This document shows positions 35,975-51,832 of a DNA stretch of 64,000 nucleotides, piece after piece (position 1 is the first letter of the stretch; each line of letters starts with the position of its first letter). The translations under genes were made by a program, and so were the position numbers. The notes beneath the pieces were generated by a model. That model made no database searches. It saw only the letters and a program-made list of their open reading frames with translations, and was not told the origin of the DNA. This DNA comes from Kudoa neothunni (Eukaryota; Animalia; Cnidaria). The stretch is from contig OZ199839.1 in NCBI GenBank assembly GCA_964304625.1, forward strand, positions 6,144,311 through 6,208,310. Direction: 5' to 3'.

Positions 35975-36619
35975 CAAGGGTTCTCAACCTCTTTTTCAAA
36001 TTTACCCCATCAGCCTGACGAATAATCGAAATTCACCCCTTTGACTTGTTTGGATGCCAAATTCACATTTACCATATGGTTTATACTGGTTTAGCTAGAG
36101 CAGAGGCTACTTGAGGGGTAAATTCTGATCCAACAAAACATGTATGCTTGCATAATGACAATTTTTAATCCCATCAACTGTTACTCACGAACTGTATATA
36201 AATTTTATTCTTTAGACTTGACTAAATAAAATTATTTCTTTCCTAATCCTCCGCTCTATGGGACTAGAAATAATTAAAAATAGTCAAAACTAATGACACT
36301 TAAATATTATTTACCATGAAACTAGTCATTTTAATTATTATTATTATTATTATTAGGTTACACCATTAAAAGATCAACGAGACACGAAACAATGAGACTG
36401 AGAATAATTTTATAGAGAGCTGTTAAAAACTTATTCCTAAAAACATTTAAAGAATGTTTGCCTAATTCTTATTGAGTTTAATAGCCTTGAATAATACGAT
36501 TACTTAGAAATCCTGAAGTACGTCATAAATCCATAATGCAAAAATTCTCCTTATCTAATTTTGATGTTACTTAATTTATCCCCTGTCATTTAAATTTTAC
36601 CCCCGGTTGAGAACCCCTG
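35975..36619. mobile_element. hAT MITE
   Basis: CAAGGGTTCTCAACC ... GGTTGAGAACCCCTG; 8-bp TSD ATTTAAAT/ATTTATAT. Confidence 0.85.
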
Positions 36620-37116
36620 ATTTATATGGATTGTCCAAATTTCTCCTTGGCAATTACCTGCTATTAATTCTGTCTACAAGAATAAAAACTTCATATTTTC
36701 CGAAAACAGCGGCTGATTAATTGTATCAATTGCTTAAGGTTAATATCAAAAATAATTTACTGGATGAAATATGGGTAATCCTAATTCAATTTTCCAATCA
36801 AATATCATTTTAACTTGATTTCAAAAGTCTAGGATTAATTTCAGATCTAATTATAATCATTTATCGGAAAATTCGAACATTATTATTCTTTATTTTAACC
36901 GGCAGAGGATATTTTCATGGAAAATTCTAATTCCAATATTCATACGAATGCGCGTGCGCGTGGTAATTTTTAATCTCATCAACCCTCATTCACAAGTTAT
37001 CAACAGATTCAATTTTTTAGAACCTATTATATCTAATTATTTCTGATCCACTGTTTCACTCTTTGTATTTAAAGTAGTTCTATTCCAAGCGTCGCATTCA
37101 TAAAAGTTCTTTAATA

Positions 37117-37612
37117 TCTATTATATAAAGCAAACCAGTAATCTGTGTGTATATGTCGGTGTGTACGCATTTTTCATTCTTTATAGAGAGACATATCGCT
37201 CTGTTTGAGCACACGTATGGAAAGGTGAAATTTTATTTAAACACAGAAAAATACTTTAAAAATTATTAGAAATTAATTTGGTAATTGAAATAGTTCAAAT
37301 AAGGAAGGTAATATTAGGTTATGTATCCAAGCATTAATATGAAATTCATTTGTTGATGTTTAACAAGATTAGACTTATTCATATGGTATGATTTAGAGAT
37401 TACTGCAAATAACAAGGAGAACATCGATATTTTAGGAGCACTAAATAGGAAATTCAAAAATATTAACTAATGTTCATGCGCCCAATAAGTTAAATAAATC
37501 ATCAGTTAATTGGGTAATCTTTGTACTATTGATCTAAACACTCTGAATTTACTTTGAACTTCAAATGACCTTGGCCTACTCAAGGCTTTAGTCTGCGGGG
37601 CTTTTGCGCTAG
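37117..37612 (+). mobile_element. Non-autonomous Helitron (copy C)
   Basis: A|TCTATTATATAAAG ... GGGGCTTTTGCGCTAG|T, inserted at an A-T dinucleotide; homologous to copy A. Confidence 0.75.
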
Positions 37613-38641
37613 TATATATATATACTATGATCTGGGGGGTTGCAAACGTGTCCAAATATATTGATAAATGAGGTTTTCTGATGTAAATTAAACTTAGGTA
37701 ATATATATTATTAGTAAATTGACGTAAAAAATCAAAACTGAATTATTAAATTCGAATATTAACTTTTTCGTTTCCAACTTGGGTTTAACTGTAAAAGAAC
37801 AAGTTAAAAAATTCCACCTCCATTGGGCTGTATTTTTATATTTTTTCCTGAATAGTTTCAAAATGGTATAGTGATTTAATCTATTTTAAAACAAATTAAT
37901 AATAATTATAAAGAAATAAAATGCTAGAATATGCATTCAATAGTTACATAAAGTTCAATTTTAAACAAAATAATTTATTTTTACATACATAATCGTAATT
38001 GGTTATAATGCAGAATAAGGTTCGAATTTTCCGATAAATGATTATAATTAGATCTGACATTAATCCTAGACTTTTGAAATCAAGTTAGAATGATATTTGA
38101 TTGAAAAATTAAATTAGGATTATCTATATTTTATCCAGTGAATTATTTTTGGAATCAACCTTATGCAATTGATACAATTAATCAGCTGCTGTTTGTAGCA
38201 AATATGAAATTTTTATTCTTGTAGACAGAATTAATAGCAGGTAATTGCCAAGGAGAAATAAATGTTACATTACTCGATTGAGTGTTAGAGCTTTTAAAAA
38301 TAATTAAGGTGTTAAGAGTTCAATATAATATTACAACAACTATTGTTGATAACTAATATAGTGTTGAATAGTAACCTAATTATAATGAATCATTGATGAA
38401 TAAAAAAACTAAAATAATTAACAGGTTCGATTTTGTCCGTTGGCGCTGATGAGGATTATGGCCATTATTTTACATTTTAACCTCGTCATTTATTTCATAT
38501 AATTTTTTCGTTAAAATATACTTTTATATTGTTTGATAATATTCACAAATACATTTAAAGAGTTTAGAATTAGTTTAAAAAAATTATGTAAGGATTATTA
38601 TTGTTATTATTAATAATAATCAAATAATTTATCTATTTAAG

Positions 38642-38679
<38 letters not shown>

Positions 38680-40355
38680 AAAAATATTGATCCATGTAGG
38701 TAAATTGATTATATTATGCCATTGTTTAAAAACAAAATAAAATGTAAATTTAAAATGCATTGTAAGTAGTTAATGAAATTTCCACCTTTTCCTGCAATTA
38801 AACGATATATGACTGATATAAAATTTTTTAGCTTTTCATGTCGTTAAAACTAACCATTTTTACATGATATATTATCTGCAGACCACAAAAAAAATTTTGG
38901 CATTAAAGGGTTAAGGAAAATTAATTTATCCGCTTCTTTCCATATTTGCGCTAAGCCCTGGGATGAATTACCCTGTGTGATACTCTGTTTGAAATATCAT
39001 ATAGTTCGATCTAAAACTTCAACTCATGAATTTCATTATACATAAAACTTGATTTTTAAATGAGTAACTTTTAGATTACAGCGTATATGTGATGCAAGGA
39101 TTTCATATGCGTTGATCCGCAACTAGCCTTTCAAAAAATCGAGGGTATGTGGATTATCCTCTATTTCGAAGAGATTAAGTCAATGTATTAACAAGATTAT
39201 GCGATTCGTTCACAGCGGATTTTTGTAATCAATGTTAGGACTAATTTTCTTATCAAAATTCAACAATACATTACTTTTTAGAATAAACTATTTTATTTAT
39301 TTAAAATATCGGCTGAACTACAGTACTACAATATCTGTGTACGAACTTCGGTCGGTGTCGCATACAAGATCGGAAATAAAGTCGTTTTTTATAATTTGTC
39401 CTGTTAATTCACTTCTCTTTCAAAAGTTTTTTTGTTTTTTATCTTATCACAAAAAATTACACTACTGAGTTCAATCCAGATAAAAAAGAATCCATCTATA
39501 AACTGGAAATAAATCTTAAGTCATGCAACAGAGATTCCACGTGAATCTCTGTTGTTGATTAATACATCAAAAAAATTATTATTTCACTATAATTTTAACA
39601 AATTCAAAGTCGTCAATTGTTCACTGAATTTTTTTTATTTGTATCTGTTAGTAAAAAGTTTTTAAATGTTCAATCTTGTAACTTCATATTTTATAAGCAG
39701 AACTTTCTGATTTATTCTATTCAACATTAGAAAGACGATTTTTCAATTTAACAATGGCATTCCTCAATGCGATTTTTAGTTTATAAATTTTTTTAGGTAG
39801 TTTTTTCATGATTTAAATACATTTATTACAATATTTGTTCAAAAAATCCAAAATTCAAATTTTAATTTGTCTTATTAAGTTATCTTTTTATTTATATACG
39901 TTAAATAACAACAATAAAATCAATAACTATTTTTTAATTAAAATAAATATTAAAATAATGCAATCGTCACAACACAAAAAATACGGTTTTTAAGTATTTA
40001 AGGATAAATTAACGATAGATATTAATATGTCCAAAGCATTTTTTTATCTCAACAATATAAAAATGATGTAAAATCAATAATTTAACAAATATTACCTCAT
40101 ATTTTGTAATATATTTCAATATTTTTTGGTGGTCGAATGTTTTAAAGACCTATCCAAAACTCGTCGAACTGCTGTGCGCATCCGCATCAACAATATAAAA
40201 CAGCGCTTCTCAACTAAAACTGGACTTTCACCACTTTCTCATATGATAAGGTGTAACTGAATCAAAGTTTCTCAAAAATTATTTTCTATTGTGGTCGAGT
40301 CTGGCACCCCAAACCCACAGTTTACACCCTTAGGGATAGGGGAGCCACTGTCATG

Positions 40356-40706
40356 CAGGGTTTAAACATTTTCGATATTTATCGACATCACATTTTATTG
40401 TTTAACATGACACAATTACATAATTACTCAGTAAACATTGTCGCACATTATTAGAAAATTTTAACTTTATTTCAGAATATATTTTGAATTATAAAGTAAT
40501 TAATTGGGAGTGTATTGATCTACACGAGATATTAAATATGAGTGAGTGTTCGTGCCAAAACATCGCAATCATACGGCGATAACTTAAAATTTAATATCTG
40601 AAGACGTAATCATTGAATCGAAAAAGTCAACAACTTTAATAGATACAGTTCTATTTTTTGGTTGTACTTTAAATTAATGTTTTTTTTAATTCCGCTGGCA
40701 ACCCTG
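40356..40706. mobile_element. Possible hAT (Tip100-like) MITE
   Basis: CAGGGTT ... CTGGCAACCCTG termini; TSD degenerate. Confidence 0.35.
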
Positions 40707-41634
40707 TGTTAGGGGTGACACCTCGGGCCGTACTTTGGTGACCTCTGATATAAAAGCGGTTTCAGGGTATTAGACTTGCTATATTTTGAATTGAGCTTAT
40801 AATTACTTTTTATTTTAAAATAGTATTTAGTTTTTTAACATAAGATGAAAAAACACGCAAGAATGTTATATCATTATAAAAACAGAGAGGAGGGGATAAA
40901 ATCTTGTATAATGGTTATTTTTATGTGATTGACCACAAATCTAATTCAAATCAATGTTGTAGATTTTAGAAACGTGTTTGTAAAGGAAGTCTTAACATTT
41001 CTGTATTGTCACCATAATCACATTGTTACGTTTTATGTTTAAATCGGACTATTATTAACGAGATAATTAAAAAATGTGTTATATATGAATAATATTCAAT
41101 TCAGCATGCAGGGTATACTTAAATATTTTTATCAATGAAACTCGTACAATTCGATTAAATATCATTTTAAAGAGAAAATATCAAATTAATACCACAAAAC
41201 TATGGTAAATATTCTTCAAAATTTTATCTGAAATCAACATCTAAATAATATAATTAAAAATTATATTAATTTCAAATAATAATGCTATTTTTCTGGAAAC
41301 ATGGTTTTTATTATTACTTTTTCGCACGCGCCCCATGGGATTGCATTAACATCTTTTTAACTTCTATTCATTTTGGTTCGAATCTCGGCTCGAACACCTT
41401 GTGTCAGGATGTCTTTTACGGCAGCTTGAAGTTTACGCGTAGAAAAAATGGATATTTCATCAACCTTATAAAAAAATGGGGCAGATTTTTACCCCAAGTG
41501 AATTTTACACAACAATATCATAGCGTATTAATGGAACATAACTTCTATCCAATTTTTGAAATCCAATATCTTTACGAAAGCTTTTAAAAAAATGAATTTA
41601 ATTTTTTTCCTTACATTAAAAAATCAATGTATAA

Positions 41635-42160
41635 ATACCCCCTAAATAAAATCGGGGTAGAAATCTACCCCACATTTTTCTTTTCTAAAATTTTCTAAGT
41701 GTTGGTGAAAGTAATTTTAAAAATTTCCGGAAATTCTATTGAGAAAATAACGAAACACTATACATGCGATTCCCTACAGCATACACAACATCAATATAAT
41801 TATGTAATCCTCTCTGAATGCAACGATAACGATAATTCCTCGTACCCTGATTATTCTTATACTAGTTATTTAAAATAAGATAAATTAATTGGCAGAAGTT
41901 TAAAAAGTTGGATTAAAGTTAAATACTAAGGAAACTTAGAGATAGCCCCATAAATTCAATTATACTCCAACGAGACATAACACATTACATCTTCGCGCAA
42001 GCGTAAACAGAATGTAACCTTAATAATTGATCATTTATTCGAATTTTACCAGTATATGCTGACTTTCATTTGAGACAATTTTATCAAATAAAAACGTGGG
42101 GTAGATTTCTACCTCATTTCTTTTATTTGAGGGTGTATCTATTTCAGCTAATTAGAAAAG
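41635..42160. mobile_element. piggyBac-type MITE
   Basis: Inverted repeats ATACCCCCTAAATAAAATCGGGGTAGAAATCTACCCCAC / GTGGGGTAGATTTCTACCTC...TTTATTTGAGGGTGTAT; TTAA at 42161-42164. Related to the 1866 element. Confidence 0.65.
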
Positions 42161-42456
42161 TTAAAAAAGACGAAATAAATCGAGCCTATGTTTAATTCAA
42201 ATTTAATTAAAACCCTAATGTAATTGTTTTTAATTTGGATAATAAAATCCGCTCGTAGAGTGTTAAATGGATTAATGCATAATTTTCAAGGCGCGCGCAC
42301 TTAAATAACAAAATATATTTATCAATAATTCCATGCAACCTAAGACAAATTTCGCTCAAAAAATATATTTAACATAATTATATAAAATATATTATAAAAA
42401 TATATAATTTATTTTACTTTTACAAATATTAATTAACTAACCGATTTGCACGTGAG

Positions 42457-45370
42457 ATGACAAACATGAAGTTGAAGTTTTGTTTACCAGTGGACAACTG
42501 TTATAAGATTGTTCCAGTAGATGGGAATGGCGCCAGAATTGGTATAGTTTGTAAATGCACAAAAAACTACACAGAAAATGTGCATATTTTTATATTTTTA
42601 AGCGAGTTGATTGGTTTTAACTCAAAACATAGATCGAGATGAAAATTAAGGAGTTGAAAGAAAGAAATTATCGCGAAAAATTACGTGCTATTGAAGCCAA
42701 TGGGACCGAGTATTTAACATTAGTAATGTTAAATCAAGCAGAGAATTTTGTTTTAGAGTTGATGACAATGGCAACCTATTAGGTCACTCTATCAAAAACC
42801 TTCTAGAGTATATATTGGTGGGGAAAACCGTTGATATATATCATAATTTTGACGATCCTTATTTGCTGTTTCGAAATTTTATTGTTGTACTCATAGTTAC
42901 TATCATTTCAACCCCTAAATTTTTAATCCATTTAGGTTGGTATGGGTTTGATGATCAACTTGGTGATAGATACTTCCCATATTGTCTATTTGGTTTATTT
43001 GTTTCGATATTTTGAGCAGTTTAAAGTATTTTAATCATCCTCAATATAAATATTGATAAATATAGATAAATATTGATAAATAAATATATATATATATATA
43101 TATGTATATATCTATATTTATCTATATTTATCAATATTTATATTGAGAGATAATCCATTGTAACATTATTTTTCTATAACAAAATACCTTCAGGTTGACA
43201 ATATATTTGTTTTTGTAAGAGGTATAAATTTCTAGTTATTTATTAAATAAATAGCGGATTTTCTTTTAGATTCCTGTTGTCTCCCTATGGTCTTAAGAAA
43301 GTACGGGGTCAACATTAATTCATCATTTTCAAAAATATTTGTAGATTATTAACTTGGTTTTATTGTGTGACATTTTTGGATATTAATTCATTAGATGTGA
43401 TCAAGTAATCTTAGATTTAAATTTTTTTATTAAGATTTGAAAATTAAATCATTTCTCTAGAGAATCCATTTCTAACGATACTTATCGATCCACTACCCAT
43501 ATTATTATAAGTAATTGAAATGTAACTACAGAAAAATGACTGATAAATAGATTTGTCATTATTGGATGATAAATTAGTAATGGATAATCTAAAGTTGGTG
43601 CAATTATTGCAGGTTTTATCTCACGAAAGTGGGTTTTTTATCTCTCAGCACTCTAACTAGTGTAATACCACTATATAGATAGTGATGTTAAATACAATAT
43701 TATATCGATGAGTCTTAGCGTTGTTTCTGTATTTTTTAAATGCTATCAACTCCCTTTAATATATCTACATCTAAATTTTTATCAGGACCCATATAAAAAT
43801 GCTATTGAGCGAGTGAAAATTTCGGTGATACCGACATTTTCGTTTTCTGTAATTTTGCTGATTCGACGTAGTGTGATTTACATTAATTAGAGTTTTAAAG
43901 ACAGTTTCCATAAATTCAATTTTTAAATACAGACCGGACTCTTTGGGAGTTTATTCATGAACACCTCATTAATGGTACTCATTTGTTACAATGTGGAATC
44001 AGTTGTAAATTTATTCCACGTTAGATAGTTCAAAAATCTTTCAACTCCATCCTTCAACCGTGCCTAGCTTATTGTTTGTTTATTGTGATAAAAATCGATT
44101 AAATTCGTCGACAACCACTGTAGACTCACTGACAAAGCGATTTTTATGCTTTAGTTTTTCAATTCAAACCAATTTTATAAAGGTGTCTTCCAGAAAATCT
44201 CAGAAATTGTTGAATTAGACGTTTTTAGAAATCTCGAAATGAATCAATCGGGAGTTGAACTTATGGATGAGGTTTTCTTTGGGTGTTTAGAATTTTTTTC
44301 GAGTAGAAATATTATTTTGAATACTACCTCCGATTCCATCATCAAGATAAACTACTCAAAAAAATAATGAACTAATTCAACTTGCTCATCCAGTTATTTT
44401 ATTTAGAGATAAAATTGGCGATTCCATATAAATTTTCTAGTTTATCTATAAAGATTTCTTGTTTATTGTTTTCAGTCTTACTATCCAATTGCATTGTAAA
44501 TATCAATTGCATTTATTCCGGTTTGACTCGTCTTCCTACCAACTGTCTATTGATTACAATAAAGTTGGTCGATTTTTCGCTTCATAAGCTCATCTGTCTT
44601 ATTTTAGTTTGTAAAAACCTACCACGACCTTTATTACCTTCTTAAAGATCTATTCCATGGTCATATTCCAGTATGAGGATATCAATGGTTGATATCAGTA
44701 TATTTTTCTTTAGGAATGCACCGATTTGAAGGATGTATGCTACGAGCTATTGCTTGAATGTTGTTTTTTGAAAGGTTGTTACGTAGCAATAAAGTTTCTT
44801 CTATTGTGTGTATGTGATCTAATTACAATATAGAACAAAGTTCACCAAAGTAATCGTCTGCAATATCTTGAAGCGACCCCCTCTCAGATAGTCCTCAGTG
44901 TGACAATTTTGACAAATCATATTCTGATGAAGGAAAATGATTTCACCCTTCGATGTTGTCATTTATATATTTATTTTTGTTTAAATTCCTAATAGATCTT
45001 TATTTCTCGATCTCAAATGGATTATTTTCATAGAGAAGTGTTTTATTTTGAAACCATTGTTCACATTAACGCGTCATTTATTGGATTTGTTACTCAATCG
45101 TAAAGATGATAGTTTTTGTTTCGTTATTGATTTGGTTTAGAGAACGTTTCTGTGTCTGGTTTGATCACACAAGTGGAAAGTCATGCTGCGTGTGATATCG
45201 CTTGCCCTTTAAAATGCACAGGCTGGGGTTTTTGGTTGGATAAAGCCTTAAATCTATTGTCACACTCAAATATCATTGAGCCCAGAGAATGCGAGTCAAT
45301 AAGTACATCTCTGTTGAAAGAATTCAAAGATCATATTGACGAGATAGTTTCTGGTTACAATATATATTAG
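42457..45370 (+). CDS. Unassigned multi-exon gene(s)
   Basis: Chain of short GT-AG-bounded open exons, e.g. ...YTEN|IEMKIKELKERNYREKLRAIE; FFNSNQFYKGVFQKISEIVELDVFRNLEMN; ECTDLKDVCYELLLECC; last exon 45152-45370. No family recognised and the exon chain is not fully resolved. Confidence 0.4.
43040..43147. repeat. Perfect 34-bp inverted repeat around a TA microsatellite
   Basis: CTCAATATAAATATTGATAAATATAGATAAATAT (43040-43073) and its exact reverse complement ending at 43147. Confidence 0.85.
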
Positions 45371-45586
45371 TTTTTATTGTGTTTTTTGGCATTGTCATAT
45401 CCCTTTGAAGTAGTATTTTCTAAATCAATTCAAACATTGAAATAAGAGGTGTGCGTTTACTCCTGGCGATTTTTTCTATATCGATGAATACAACATAGTG
45501 TTGATAGTAAAATCATCGCTCCCACACTGACACAACACACTATTGCACTAGCTATCAGTATACGACGGTGAACGTGCCACGAAACT

Positions 45587-45618
<32 letters not shown>

Positions 45619-46200
45619 TATCATCATCATCATCAATATTATCAATATTATCAATAATATATGGATATGTTTAATTACAGAAAAATACTGTTACCTCTAC
45701 ACCGGCGTAATACACACTAGCTACTCCACAATAGTCCCTTGTATTTGCGGTAAATCGCATACACTCACCAGTTTTCCCACAATAAAAACACTGAGTGAAA
45801 GTCTCATTACATTTAGTAATAGCTCGGTAGTTTTACTTTTTTATTAGTTACACATGTTTCACAAGGATGATTGCTGCATTCGTCTATACCTACTTAAATG
45901 TAAGTGCATATTAAATTGTATTACCGGGTGGAATCAAGTGGGGAGGACTGGTTGTGTATGATTCTTCATGAGGAAATTCAACAATAATCTGATGAATTAA
46001 TATGCCGAATTCCTTGGTCAACCTTCCTTATATCTTCTTTTCTGTCTTTAAATAGATAGATAATGTTGTCTCGTAACGTATCCACATTTTTTAGAATTCG
46101 TCGTTTTATGCTTATGATTTCATTAACTTAATTATGTGAAAGATTAATCTATACATTGCAGAGCAATAAAAACATACACGTTTCTTGATCAACTTCCAAT
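45324..46200 (-). CDS. PTTG1IP-like PSI-domain single-pass membrane protein (5' end approximate)
   Basis: Spliced ECSNHPCETCVTNKK|CFYCGKTGECMRF...YCGVASVYYAGVE|VSW...ILIASAIVCCVSVGAMILLSTLCCIHRYRKNRQ(E)|KYYF...KLSRQYDL*: PSI Cys pattern, TM, Cys/basic juxtamembrane segment and a KKYGL-like tail. Confidence 0.6.
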
Positions 46201-48142
46201 ATTATTGTATCTATAAAATAATTTTTATTGTCTTTATAATAGACATGAGTAACTTAAAAATATTGTTTTTACGTTTACATAACAATATAGTTAGATTATA
46301 TTATATTAAGTATTGAGTCATAATTCATTTAATAATAATCGAGTATATTTTTAAAAATTTCGATAATTAAACAATTTATAATTTATTAGATACATAAAAA
46401 TTTAAAAAATTTCATTGTTTTCTTCACCTATAATTTTGTATATCTAAATGAAATGTAACGTATGATAACTTGAACGTGGCGAAGGGGGAGTCATTAAATT
46501 TAACAGTTAATACATGCAACAAATAAATTTCACGTGTAGTATTAACTTATTCGGTTTATTAGTATAACAAATTTATTTTCAAACGACTCGCTCTTTGCTT
46601 TGCAGTTGACATTAATATCGATGGAATTTTGAGGTCTAAAGGATTCAACGAATATAATATTTTAATGATAACTTGTAGTTTGGGCTATTACATGCTATTT
46701 TTAGTCTTACAACTAGTAATTAATGGTTTCTATTAAGGTTTTTAATTATTATTTGTGTCAAGTTCTTGTCATTATCATTAATTAAATCTTAAAATATTTC
46801 TTTTTGTTTTAGTTTCACACATATCTCCAATTAAAATAAATTTTAAATATCATGTTTACCAATAAATTATCAAAAATTTCCTCAAAAAATTCGAAGGTTG
46901 TATTAGCCAACATCGTAAAAATTGATTTTTAATTTAAGTTTTTTCGTTTCCAAAAATGGTTGAAACATTTTATTATTTTCTATTATAGGGCCCACACATT
47001 TAAATCTCTGTAAGAATATGACACTTTCCACCGATTAATACACAATTATTTAGAAAGGAAGAGTATTGTTTGTGGTAATCGGAATTTTTATTATTCATTC
47101 ATATATAAACGTGCTAGAACTCATTCTTTACCACCCTCAACCTATTGTATACAATGGAAGTCAAAATCACTTTTAGGCAAATAGTTAATCATTTATTTAG
47201 ACTAACGTAACAAGGGGAATCCTTTTGTTTCGAGATTTTTAACAATATATGATAATTACTCTAGATTATTGATGGACCCAGGGTAGTTAGTTGCACTACG
47301 AAAATTTTCTTATTCATATTTTTCTAAAACTTACAGAAAATTACGTTAGGAAATATTAGACCAGTATTTTCGAAGATATTCATTCCCTGATATAGAGCCA
47401 CTTTCTTAAAAATTCCCAGTGTGCAAACGTACATTGCTTTTAAGATTAAATTGTACAGCGCAAATAGCTTCTTTCATAATTAAATTTATATAAATATATA
47501 ATATAAATTACTTAGTTATCAGAATAAAACATTTCCGATCTTTTAAAAAAATTAATTTATACTTTTGTAAATAATCAGAATAAAAAATTTAAATTATATA
47601 AAAATATGAGGTAAATACTCTCAATTTTAAAAATTAAATTAAAAAGAAATATAAATTTATTCTCGATTATGCTCGTTACTGTAACCAACCTATAAGTTGA
47701 CAAAAAACTCACTCGAATTGGTTTCATCTATATTTCCAAGGTTGCGATCAATTATCTTGCTAGACTAAAATTGATTGAAAAAATTATTAGGTAAGTAACA
47801 CTCAAATACCTTCACCTTGTGGACAGATTCGTTAATACAATTGACATAGATATTGCTTATATTCCAAACCAGGCCAAACACAGCTAAAGAAATTTGACGA
47901 TTTAATCATCCTCATATCTCAAACTAACCATACCGAATAAAGTAACTTTAAAAATGGTTAAATTCATAATGCACTTATACTGATGTTATCTAATGGTGGG
48001 AACAATATCAAACTGCTTTCCTGTTACTATATAAGAAACTACCGATGTGTACTAACTGGAATTATTGTATTATTTCGAACAATACACGATGAAAACACAA
48101 ACACAAAATATTATGATTAATCAGTGTGAGAATAGATAGTTA

Positions 48143-50982
<2,840 letters not shown>

Positions 50983-51298
50983 TGCGCTCTTTTCTCGCTA
51001 ATCCGTGCATACCCGGATTAATAATTTATAATCCATTAAAATACAGGTATAATTTTATTTATACATATTTCCTCCAAATTAGAACATATGAATCAGTCGT
51101 TTTATTGAAACAATACCTAAATTAATTATATTCTAATCACTGCTAATTTATATTTAGTTATTTGATTCGGAAACTATTGGGCAAATAAACGCATCCATAT
51201 TCCTTATAATTATTACATTTGATTTTACTTTTAGAAAAAAAGATGTGATAACAATAAAAATCATATAAAAAGAATAGTGATTGTTTGCGGTAAAAAAT

Positions 51299-51832
51299 TC
51301 AATATCGCAGGTTTTTATTAGCGGAAACAGTAATCAATCGATCAAAATTTGGTGAATCTATTCGTTCCCCCTTTAGCACACCCTGGAGAGGATTCAAAAG
51401 ATGCTTGATAAGAAGTTGATTGACGTCGTTGAAAAAAATTCGAATCCCATCGTGATTGGGGACGTCATGTAACAAAATCATTCGAATACCCGAATAACAC
51501 AAATATCCGGATATCATGTATTCGCCATATTTGTCAACTTGTTTGAGGTAACTATCAGACAAAAATTACACCAAACCATTATTGGTCACCGAATCTTACA
51601 ACTGGTCGGTTTTAAATTTTATATCATCAACAGCATCCAGCGCCGAATGACACAAGTATTGAACATGGTGTTTGTAGTTGTCAGGCTGCAGATACATCAA
51701 ATAGATTACTATAACGATAATTACTCTAGCTAAGAAACCATTTCGAGGACGAAAACAAAATTCAGTATCATACACCATACTATCGTCATCTAACAGAATC
51801 ATAAAATAGTAAAATTTGCATGAAGAAGACAT
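51299..51832 (-). CDS. TRAPPC2: TRAPP complex subunit 2 (sedlin), 3 exons
   Basis: FYYFMIL..DDSMVYDTEF...|HHVQYLCHSALDAVDD...|YLKQVDKYGEYMISGYLCYSGIRMILLHD...DGIRIFFNDV..LLIKHLLNP...SPNFDR matches sedlin. Confidence 0.88.

Larger units (their letters stand above)
35357..38490. mobile_element. Long-inverted-repeat (foldback/MULE-like) element with nested insertions
   Basis: 36640-36889 is the reverse complement of 38013-38258, and 35373-35525 of ~38320-38468. The left arm is split by a SINE and a hAT MITE. Confidence 0.8.

Noticed and set aside
36015-36040. Hammerhead ribozyme core (CTGACGA...GAAA); similar CTGATGA at ~10840 and ~38446
   Set aside because: No stem II/III pairing or NUH site can be built.
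41374-41398. B-box-like GGTTCGAATCTC
   Set aside because: No A-box or cloverleaf upstream.
45588-45660. Poly-Ile/Met N-terminus of ORF 45457-45654
   Set aside because: Translation of an intronic (AAT)n/(CAT)n microsatellite.
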